From: Basidioascus undulatus
Taxonomy: Eukaryota
NCBI GenBank assembly: GCA_000826855.1
Contig: JTLS01000048.1
Coordinates: forward strand, 1 to 37,765
Direction: 5' to 3'
Length of the DNA stretch: 37,765 nucleotides
Both the position numbers and the translations under genes were made by a program. Of this stretch, positions 24,065 through 36,507 are shown piece after piece. A model generated the notes under the pieces. The model was not told the DNA's origin, searched no databases, and saw only the letters and a list, made by a program, of their open reading frames with translations. Numbering within the stretch: position 1 is the stretch's first letter; each line of letters starts with the position of its first letter.

Positions 24065-26222
24065 TCAAGCGCGGGCAAGGTCGAGCGCGAGGCCTTGGTT
24101 GGCCAGAACTTCAGAGGTTGATGCGGAAAGCGCGATGCGAAGTGTGCGTCGAAACGCCGATGAAGAGAGTAGGCGGCGTTGACGACGCGAGGGCAAATGA
24201 CCGACAAGGCCACAAGAGGAAATATTTTCAAGTGATGGAAGTACAAGAAGAAGAGTAACGGGCCGGGAGGGAGAACAGGTGCCTCTGACAGCAAACACAG
24301 GGGTCTCCGCGAAGGGCGAACAAAGGCGAACAATGAAAGGACCGCCGAAAAGGAACAGTCCGTGGGACCTGGGCTTGGACATTGCAACGAGCGTTTTGAC
24401 ATTGATTTTAACATACATAAGGCGCTCCGCGCGCACCTGGACCTCTGCTGCATGCATGGGCATTACATTCAGTCAAGCAGCATTGACGTTCAGGATCGTA
24501 TATGGCATCTGATTGGAACAGTTTCTATGCATTATGTCACAGTCGCAGTTTAAACGTGCAAGGTTGACCATTTGCCGGCACATTATGTCCTTATTTGCCC
24601 AATCGAAAGACCAGCCGGAACTTAGTCTTAGGCCAAACTTTGCAAGTTCCTTGGCTGCCCCACAGCGGCGTTTGGTACCCATATATAATTTTAAACGAGG
24701 AGTCCATTCATGTGCCAACAGCAAGGACTGGATGGCAAGATATCCCAATGAAAGCATGCAACTGTCAAGCCGAATATGCCAAAGCGGCACTGTCCGCTGT
24801 CAAAGGACAGCAGCAAAAGTGCTGTCCATCCTTTAAGTCCCTTTATTCTGAGTCTTCCAAGCATTTATCTGAGAAGAAACATCATCATGGCTTGTTGGCT
24901 CTCTTGCACCGCTTCTTGTTGGGTGCAGGTCTGCGGGTGCCGCATATGCCGTCAGCCCAACTTCATGTGGTCAGCATGCCCCACCAGCACAAATGAGAAA
25001 GGCAGAAAAGGGATCACCTTGTGGTTGCCAGTTCATTCATCCATTCCACCTCTCCCTGCAACCTTCTCACCTTCTCATCCTGACGTATGGAGCAGTGCGC
25101 TGAGCACGCTATCGCTAGACTAGTTTGGCAAGCATCCAAGCCCCCTGCAGCCAGCATATTCTCACCTTGAATGTAGGTATGACGAAGTACATGAAATTTT
25201 GCAAAATTGAATCCGGACGATGCCACCGTTGACTTATCGCCCGGATGTTGTGCAGAGCGCGCGCGGCGCACCTCACTCAACCATGCCGACTGTTCTAGAC
25301 GTGACAGTCAGCATCTCCGACCGGAAAAGAGGATCATGGAAAATATGAGCCTTTGCGTAGTTCCGCTCTAGCTCACAGGCACTTTCAATCTCACACCAGC
25401 TTCTTATCGTTTTGAGCGCACCACTCGCTCGACCCCGTAGACTAATGCCAGTGCACTATGCTCAAGGTTCTTCCGCGACTTCTAGACCACGATAAATATA
25501 TATTGTTCTATATGCTACAATAGACTCCTACCGAACACATTTGGGGACTGGGACGGACTTGCAGCAAGCTGCTCATGAGCACCAAGGCTCAGGCGCGTAA
25601 TAATCAACAACCAGAGGTCCAAGTTCAGGTCGATATCCAAGGAACTTTGTGCTATTTTGTACTTCGGATTCAGAATACAATGCCTCTGAAGGACGGCTGA
25701 TCGGAGTAGCAATAAGGAAAGGAGTGCGGTACACGACGGTTACACGAAGCCAAGGTGTTGCGGCATGCTGTGAAGCGCCGACAGGATGAATTCACATCAC
25801 CTAAAGCAGGTCTGCACCGATTTGGGGGGTGAAATCTTGCTCGAGAGCCACCCTGCACTGATCACATACGCATGCTTATGTTGTAAAATGGTCTGATGTA
25901 ATGGGCATTCGCGAAATGCTATGTATGCGCCGCAGCTCATTCCACAAAAGCTGGATTGGGAGGCGAATTCATGCTCCCAAGACCTGTCCCAGAGGTCCAG
26001 GAATAGCTCTTCCTTTGATGTGTATGTCAGACAGCGGGGATGCACTGTTGCCGCAACGACTCGTACAATACGACAGACCTTTCAAAGTATGGGCTGCAGC
26101 TTGCCAGTGCTTTGCTGCAAGACTCAATTTGTCGCAGCGACGTCGACCTCCACAATACAGAATGCAGATATCTCAACAGGAAATATCCAATCATTCCGCT
26201 ACATACGTCCTCCCGCTGAGTA

Positions 26223-27541
26223 TCATGGAGACCGCCGGTCGACGCGGCGGTTAATGGCCCCGACCAGCGCCTTGACCAGCCGCTCGGCCGTAAGCGGCTG
26301 CTGCGGGTCGTACGGGTACGTGTCGACGATGTCTCGTACACCTCAAAATCCAATGCCCTGTCAGTTATATTCTCTGGCAGAGGCAAAGGCGGGAAGTTGC
26401 ACGGGTACGCACCCTCTTGAGCGATGCCGTCGTCGAGCTGCTGCAGGTACTCAGTAGCTTGAGGGTCTGTCATAGGCGTCGCGGAGAATTAAAGAAGGAA
26501 AGATAGGATAATAAAGTCATAAAGGATACCTGAGCCTATGTGTATGAACTGGAAGGCGGCGCGAAAGTCAGTCGGTCTTCCTTGGACGTAGCATCAGAAA
26601 AGGCCGCGACGGACCTGCACGCCCAGCTGCGTGAGGGGACATTTGAGCTCGTCCAGCTGCTGGTAAAGCCAGGGGTGCATAGTTTCAGCCTAAGCAGAAT
26701 ACCTGAAAACACAACCTTCACGAACACGAGCAACTTTGGGCAAGTACTCAAGTGCTGACGGCCTGTAGTCGGCGCTCTCTTGACCGTCCTGCGCGTGATG
26801 TGAGCTTGGGTTTAAGGATGAGGCATTTTGGAAACACCTACTGTTATGACAATCTACCAAGCAAATTCACACTGTCAGTCTACATGGTTGCGCCGCTGTG
26901 ACCCGGGAGAGCGTCACGCACAATGTTGAGCGGCTTGGGCTTAAGCTTCTCCACCTTCCGGGCGTCCTTTCCCTTTGCCTCGGCGTCCTTCCAGCGCTTA
27001 ATATCGTCCAAATAGTCGTCGGTGATCTTCTCCTTCAAGCTCGTCCCTATCGGTGTGCCGTTCCTGGGAGATACCTTGGAGAAGAGGGCGGCGATCTTCT
27101 GGGCGTCGGCGTCCTTGACGTGTTTGCTCTGCAGCCGTGAGGTCACTGAGTCCTAGCCGACTTAGAGGGATGAGGTGGTTTGGCAGTGCACCGAGTTCAT
27201 GAAGTAAAGGTCAACTCCCTTCTGTATAGCCCAGAGGACGAGCCCGAAAGCGTTCAGCCACTTCCCCGCCACCCATTCCGTTTCCGTCTGAATGCAATAT
27301 GCACGCACCTTGTCCCACTTCAGCGCCTCGTTGACGAACTCCTCAAGCAGGGTCTTCGCGTGCCCCCAGCGTGTTGCTTGGCCCTCCATGGTCCCCATCT
27401 GTAAAAGAAGTAGGGGCATCTAATTCAGCGGCATTGGAGATAGACAACGTCTGTGAAGAAAGCACGGACGCTGCCGCTGTCGTCGAGCAGGAAGCAGGTG
27501 TCGAACAAAGACAGCATGGCGAGGGGATTCTCTGAAGACAT
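26223..27541 (-). CDS. Fungal stand-alone von Willebrand factor A (vWA) domain protein, intact MIDAS
   Basis: Spliced: MSSENPLAMLSLFDTCFLLDDSGS|MG..RWGHAK..LKWDK|KGVDLYFMNS|..LFSKVSPRNGTPIG..KPLNI|IVIT|DGQES..KVAR|QLDELKCPLTQLGVQ|FIHIGS|DPQATEYLQQLDDGIAQE|GVRDIVDTYPYD..LVKALVGAINRRVDRRSP*. MIDAS DxSxS, T and TDG are all present. Confidence 0.88.
26467..26529 (-). other. 63-nt intron with U12 (minor spliceosome)-type signals
   Basis: GTATCCTTTatgactttattatcctatctttccTTCTTTAATtctccgcgacgcctatgaCAG, phase 1. Removing it restores FIHIGS-DPQATEYL. The intron itself is well supported; its U12 class is tentative. Confidence 0.5.
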
Positions 27542-27955
27542 TGCGAGCGAGTGTGACCTGGGAGTGTGGGTAAAGGGAGGGTGCTAGGTTAGAGATGGGG
27601 AGATGGGGAGATGGGTTGGCGGTGTCGAGATAGCAGTACGTTAAAAGAATTATCTGACGCGAAGCCAAGTCCTTCCGATTCCAAACGAGCGTTCTTGATG
27701 GAAGGTGTGCATGAGTAGCTAAGAATGTTTGGATGTGTCAAAGCGGTGCAGAAGTGATGCCTCAACCGGCTCACGCAAAACAACGCATGACGGGTGCAGA
27801 GGCATGAGGCTGTACGCAGGCCGAGACACCCAGTTGGCTGGAGCAGTACGAAGCGGTGTCCCTTCGCAAAGCTTCTTGCCACCACTCCCTCGTTCTCCAA
27901 TTCATTATACAACATACTTCTGGAACTACCGCAAGTTCTCAATAGAGCTATCAAG

Positions 27956-28772
27956 ATGGTGAACTTTGTCACGAAGCTGTTCTCGCCCCGCTCGTCGTCG
28001 TCTGCACCCCCTGCCACGCAATAGGCTGCTTATGCCCCATCCGGCTCTTCCGCATATCCGTTCGACCTATCCTCCAGCGCCTCAGAGTACCTTCACGTCC
28101 CCACTCCCTTCTTACGCTCAAGCCTCCTCTTCTGACAAGAAGCACTCCTCTCCCGACGCGAAGGCGCCCCGGCCACAAGCAATGCAGCCTGCAACGCAGT
28201 GGTCGACCTCCCTCGGCAGGACCGCTTCAGGACGGGAGAACGCTCTCGCCCTCCTCACTAAGTATAGCGTTGTGCTCGTCGTGGATGACTCCGCTCCGGT
28301 ACGAGCTTCTACAACATGCACACCTTGCTTGTCTAATCCTGGGGTCCGCAGATGGCAGAGCACTGGCACCAGGTCCGGGACGTGCTGCGGAACATCGTGG
28401 TTGAGGCGGTACGGTACGACAAGGACAGCATTGGTAGGCCTCGGGTTTTCCCCTTCATAGGAAGTTGTGCTAAGTATAACCCGGCTCTCTAGACATCGTC
28501 TTCCTCAACCTGTGCGAGGCGCGAACTTGCGGTACGCGGTGCCACTCCCAGTCACAGCGCTACCGGCTATCTTCCCTCAGTGAGGTTTCACTGACGCCTA
28601 CTTTTCAATCAAGACCTCAGAAAATGCAATGAACCTCTTCTCCCAGATGAAGCCGATCGGCGAGGTCACGCTGTGCGTTCTCGGCTCCCAGTCTCAGTTC
28701 CTCGACTCGTATGTGCTCCGGGGGGATGTGAAGCGAGGCGATAAACTTGGGGCGGTATACGAAGACTTGTGA
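27956..28772 (+). pseudogene. Truncated/degenerate vWA paralog, divergently oriented
   Basis: GRENALALLTKYSVVLVVDDSAP|MAEHWHQVRDVL..AVRYDKDSI|DIVFLN..|..MNLFSQMKPIGEVT..FLDSY aligns with the neighbouring vWA gene. MIDAS is altered (DDSAP). The ATG 27956 frame stops at TAG 28022-28024 (ATG 28032 would bypass it). The frame ends at TGA 28770-28772 with no ITDG or GxQF half. Confidence 0.7.
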
Positions 28773-29383
28773 GCCCGTTTTCCTTGCCCTATTCTGAACA
28801 CGATCATTTTTGCCGTACTCCACTGGCACTCGGCTGATTCTCGTCGGACAAAAAGGGGTTAAGGGGGGCTCACACTCGAGGACAAGCAGAAGGAAGGGGC
28901 GCCGCTTCGGCTGTACTATCAGCTTGAGGAATGATCCTACGAGGGCGCCAAACGGAGGCCATTTGCGTCGCCCCGAGTCCAACGGATTCGGTCATCTTTG
29001 AACAAAGCGCAAGGAAACTCCTGCTCCATTCAGTGCAGCCGGTTTCACGGCACGCCCGGGTAAGAGCGCAGCCTCAGCGTGCGGCTTGTGAAGATTTTTG
29101 TACTCCGCATCGGCCACTGGACGACAAAACGCTTCAGGAAACGCCCCCGATAGCGCATAAGGTCAATCTACGCAGTATTATCAGGTTGTCGCATTGTGCA
29201 TCTTCAGCTTGCGGTATAATAGACTCGGGTGTTGCGCTAGAAGTACATGATTGCGAATAAGAGAACGAGCTCAAGAAACGAAAGTGGCGGCGGGCAGCGA
29301 ACGTAAGCAAGAAGGGTACGATAGAGCCGAGAGAAGGGAAGGCGAAAAGGAGCGAAGGAGCGAGGCGAGCGTCCCGCGCCACG

Positions 29384-31520
<2,137 letters not shown>

Positions 31521-31926
31521 TTCGAACAGGTTCTGTGGCTGGAGGCGGCTGAGCGGAGGGAGGACACCGGTTGCAACATCGGGCGGGCGACTCAAATAGG
31601 CCCGGACCGCAAAGGCCGACACCTAACGGCGCTCCGCGAGTCCGCTCACTCTGTGACTCAGTTTGTCCAGGAAACAGCCTTTTATTCCTGCTATGACTCT
31701 AGCCACGATAAGAACGTAGCTGACTCGAAAGATAATGCCAAAGGACATATAGTCTTCTGGACAGCTATCTGAAGTATGTGGTGTGCTCTGCTGACTAACC
31801 AACGTCGGTACCTGAGGTATGCGACCCCTCGGACTTTTGCAACTCGTGGCCCAAAAGCATCCAGAAGTATCTCTTGTTCGTCTTCGGTTCATGAAATATA
31901 GCAGGTACAAACAGCTCTGGCCCCCC

Positions 31927-34900
31927 TCAAGCAACGTATCTAAAGCGCGGGTTCTGCTTGTCCGTGATGTCCTCCAACGCAGCCGCGGCCTCGTGGTCCT
32001 CCTCGTCGGCCGCTGCCTGCTGGCGATCACGTCGCCTGTTCTCCGACAGGAAAATGAACCGGAGCATGAGAATAATGACGATCTCTAGCGCGTTGCACGT
32101 CAGGATCGAGGCGATACCGAGGCTGTGTCAGACGTAACAGTTCAGCTTGCATTCCTGTCGCAGCATGAGGTACTACGAAACGCGACTGACCGGTACTTGG
32201 GTGCGTCCTGGGTGCGGTAGAAGAATGGACCTGGCGAATATTTCAGAACCCTTTAGTACGCTTTGACACTTTGCTTGCTATGTAAAGAAGACGTACCTAT
32301 GATGTTGCCCGTGCACATGCTGAAGCAAGCGAAAGGTTAGCGTTCTGCATCAATTTAACCACCCGCAGCACGTATGGAAAACAGCAGTTACCCAAGGAAC
32401 ACGGCGGCGTTGCCTGTGGGAATCAAGAATGAGTAACGACTCAAGACAGAAGAATCTGTTAGGTGTAGGCTTACAGATGCGCTTCTTCGTATCGCCAGCA
32501 ACATTGCCTGCGTCAAGCATGTTCAGCTTCCACGTCTTCAATCATGTCGAGTAACACAGTTGGATTACTGGTAATCAGCGAGAGTCCGAGTACGAAGGTC
32601 GCGTTGTAGCTTCCCTGCGCATCACCCACCAAGTTCAGCATCGTTTCTGTCGTCTAGGAGTGCGCCACTCACCAGAAGGTAGTACGCCACCAGCCGTCCA
32701 ATGCGGCGCTCATCGGGTACTGTCAACAAGCAGATCGTGCCTGTGTACACATCAAAGCGTGAGCGGGTCCTTCAAATAGAGCGTAGTGGATGTAGGACCT
32801 GAACGCACCGACCACGTTCGGGATCATGTACGCCGTCATGACGAGCGTGCGGCTGTTCTTGGGCATCTTGGCGTTGATGTACACGCCGGAGAGGATGCTG
32901 CACTATAGGCTCAGCCGGGGCGCTGTGCGAATGTTCAGCATACCTACGCACCAGAATGAAACCCAGGCCCCACGCGGGATCTCAAGCAGCGAGGTTTGGA
33001 GGGTGTTGAAGCTGTCAAGCTGCGTCAGCGCTCGCTTTCGATCTCTGGCCGATAGAACACAACGGACCCGAGCCCTTGGATGATGAGGGTCGAGAAATTG
33101 CTCAGACCTTCAGGAGTGGGTGTTTAGCTGAAGAAGATGAACATCTGGGCGATAGGTAGCGTACCTCCGTTCGGAACGTTCGCGACCAATCCCATAGCGA
33201 AGAACAAGTAGGTTTTCCTGTTCCACAAACGAAACATGTAAGCTTGGAATTCGAAGAATTCTCTCGCCCAAATCGGTCGGAGGTCAAGATAGAAAGACCG
33301 AGCAGGAGGGGGAGGTCGAGATAGGAAGACGGAGCAAGAGGGTGCGTACAGGTCAAGAAGCGCCTCAACCACTTGATCCCACTTGAAGCTGATACGAGCA
33401 ACGAAACATTCAGCCCAATTTGCTCTTCAATACCTTGGATTTGGGAAATCTGAGGACTTACTGCTTGTTCTCCACGCCCGTGTGGTTGTCCTTCAGGCGA
33501 GCCACAGCCATGAGGCCTGGCGATTTGGCAGATTGTCATCAGTCTGACTACAGGGCCGCATTGCAAACCAAAACCCCATCAAGATTCAAGGTATTAAAAA
33601 AGTCTACGCACGCTCTCTCCGGTCAAGCCAGAAGGTGAAAATCGGCGAGTCTGCAGTGTACCAAGCTACGGTCAGCCTGAAACAGCATCGCCAAGCTGAC
33701 GACCTTGGACGCCCCGAAAGATAGGCGCACCGGGAAGCGAGATGAAGATGTAGATGCCCCATGCCAGGCACAGAGCGCCGATGATCAAGAACTCATACTT
33801 CCAAGAAGCGAGTGCACCGTTGATTTGGCCGATTGCGTAGCTGTGTTGAGCGGAATACTGTTAGCGGTCTGCAGCATAGGTGCCAAACCGCAACGGCCTT
33901 ACGTACCCGAGAAGTCCACCGAAGCCGATGCCGAGACCTGTAGACTCTTTTTATAAGTTTGAGTGTATTTATTAAGGAGAAAGCAAACTCCCCGTTCGCT
34001 GAGTACCACCAGCCGATGCGCACTGGCTGTTCAGGTCGGCTGTAGAACTAGATAAAATCATACCTTGCTCAGTGGCCTCCTAAGGAAGTCTGGAACATGG
34101 GACCCATGTCTTACCATCGCAGTAATGAACCTGATGGGGTGTATGGACCACATTACCTCGTGAATAAAGGCAAAGAAAAGTGACGGACGCACATGAACGC
34201 CGGATCCGCTGTGGACTCAAACGCCCCGCCGAGAACGCGGAGGACTACCAGCTGCGTGAAGTTCTTGGCTGCCGCTTGACACCTGGAGGAAAGTGGATCT
34301 CAGTCACGGCTGAAACACACCATTTGCAACACACCAAAATGGAATCCACCAACGCACATGAGGAGGATGCCCCACTATCGTGACGGGCGGAAAGGTGAGC
34401 AAGTGCGTTTCGACGAGGAATCTGTGGAACTGACCATCATGATGTTGAATCCCAGATATTTCCCAACGGGGAACTGATGAAGTGGGTTTTCATCAACATC
34501 GATGTTCCATAAGGCTGCATACAGGGAATAACGCACTCGCTGCATGATGAGGTTCGTCGGAACAGCCCAGACCAACCATCTGTGTGACCCTTATGAGACG
34601 ATTCCCTGCTTCATTAACGGTGAGACGAACCCGAAGTAGCTGGGAAGCGGATCAAGGCGTCAGTGGCATCACATACACAGTTTGAAAAGAATGTCGTACA
34701 AGACACTGCCGAGCCACGAATACTCGGTCTTTCCCAGATTCAAGTCCTCACGAATGCCGAAGAGTGCCTTCAATACGGGCTCACGCCTTTAGCTTAGCAC
34801 TGCTTAAACGGCTACCGAGAACACTCACAGCGAAGGACAGCGTTGTCTTGTCGATGTAGTAGCTGCCGATGCAGGACGTATCAGCCGCAAGTAGACTCTT

Positions 34901-35254
34901 GACAAAAACATGCATGCTCTTACAAAGCATAACACACTGAGTTTGACGGTCAGTGCATCTCCCACAGATGGAGAATGTAATGCGGCTGTACTCACCGGCA
35001 AGGGATGGAATGATGAGCCAGTCAAGCTTGCGCCGAAGGCGGCGCTCCTCGTCAGGATCCACCCCGTCGTCGAACATCTGCAAGTCTTGGACAAATTTCT
35101 TGGGGACGTCGCCCTTGACCAGGACATCCTTGCGTAGGAAGTCCGTCCACTTCGCTTCGCGCTCATCGTCCCCGGGGAGCGATGCGTGCTCCACCCAAGA
35201 CTCCTTGCCCTTCTCCTCCTGGGACGGTGTTGGTGTAGGCGATGTGGTCGACAT
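31927..35254 (-). CDS. MFS transporter, Dal5/allantoate permease-like (anion:cation symporter family), more than 20 exons
   Basis: EERRLRRKLDWLIIP..YYIDKTTLSFA|ALFGIREDLNL..YSWLGSVFYFGWLVWAVPTNLIMQR|FPVGKYLG..EQPVRIGWWYSANG..SWKYEFLIIG..TGVENKHFKWDQV..NVPNGGLSNFSTLIIQGLG..NVAGDTKK..GNIIGPFFY..ENRRRD..DITDKQNPRFRYVA*. Confidence 0.92.
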
Positions 35255-35909
35255 GTTAATGCCTGATTGAATACGGTTTTGGGCGAAAGCGGAAGTTGCG
35301 GCACACGCCGAGGTTCATCGTCTTTTGTACTTCCGGTCCGCGCTACATGATATTCGACGTTGTTCAACTCAGACGACCGCCTCCACGATCACATGACGGG
35401 TAATCGGCAACCACTGGTGTGAACGCTACCCTGCAATGGCTGTACCTGCAGAGCTTGGCCGACAGCGGTTGCCCGTGCGTAACCGGGCGATTGCCGCAGT
35501 TCGAAAAAGAATTTTTGCGTCTCTGTCACAAGCCGTCAACCGAGACAGACAGGTAGTACAAACTTCAGGCTTGTGCAGATTTGCCCCAGTCGCGTGGCAG
35601 TACTTAGTATCGCTTGCTAACAACCAAACAGCTTCCACCTAATCTGATCGACAGACGAGGCTGGAGCTGGTCCTCGTCCAAGGATAGGAAAATGCCGCGT
35701 TGAAGACTGAGGAATAGCAGCTGCATATGCAGCCCGCGGGCGCTGTCAGCTCATTGACTTCCATGCGAAGGTCAGGCAAGTGAATTGGTTCAGAGCAGCA
35801 ATGTGCAGGCTGGCAACGTCTCACAAAGTACAGAATACACCTTAATATCCGACTTCGCCAGCCTCGGCTAGCTTAGGTCACAAAGGTGCAGGAATGGCAA
35901 AAGCAAAAC

Positions 35910-35917
35910 AAAAAAAA
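35910..35917 (-). terminator. Pol III T-tract terminator of the tRNA gene
   Basis: T8 run on the minus strand 4 nt after the tRNA 3' end. Confidence 0.75.
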
Positions 35918-35921
35918 GAAC

Positions 35922-35994
35922 TGACCACTGCAGGGCTCGATCCTGCGACATTTTGCGTGTTAAGCAAACACTCTACCAACTGAGTTAAGCGGCC
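35922..35994 (-). tRNA. tRNA-Val(AAC), intronless
   Basis: GGCCGCTTAACTCAGTTGGTAGAGTGTTTGCTTAACACGCAAAATGTCGCAGGATCGAGCCCTGCAGTGGTCA. Acceptor stem GGCCGCT/AGTGGTC, D arm ACTC/GAGT, anticodon arm TTTGC-TT(AAC)AC-GCAAA, T arm GCAGG/CCTGC; 73 nt. Confidence 0.93.
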
Positions 35995-36507
35995 GTTGAA
36001 TTAAAATACAGCCTTAAATACCAACTTCTGCTAAGCAAAGGCATTAATGCTCATCTCGCAGTTTTCCCTTGAGCTGCCGGAATCCGTGATGCACACGCGA
36101 CTTAGCGACTTATCACAATACATGGGATCGAGGGGCATTGATCGCTGCAACGCCTCACCAGCTGGACCCAGTTGTCGACAATTACCTCACCGTCGGCTCG
36201 GCGTTCACAGAAGCCCAAGACCCGGACGCTAACTACGGATAGGTAACTTTCAGATGCTGTACCTGGACGGTCCAAAATAACTTAGAGGAACAGGTCAGGA
36301 ACGCGCGCAGGCCGAAAGAGACTGGACGAGCAGTGTCGAGCAGTCATTAGAGGTGACCGTAGGGGAGATGGTCCAGGCCTCGAAAAGATCCACTAAGCTC
36401 TGAGCGTGTCTATGAAGGAAGAGGAAGTGCATGCTGTCCGACATCCAACCACGCCCTGCACGCGAGGGGCCACATAGCAGCGAGTTTCTTTCATGCACCT
36501 CACTAGC

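Noticed and set aside
24065..24067. Selenocysteine recoding of the in-frame TGA
   Set aside because: No redox motif context, no recognisable SECIS element, and Dikarya are not known to have Sec machinery.
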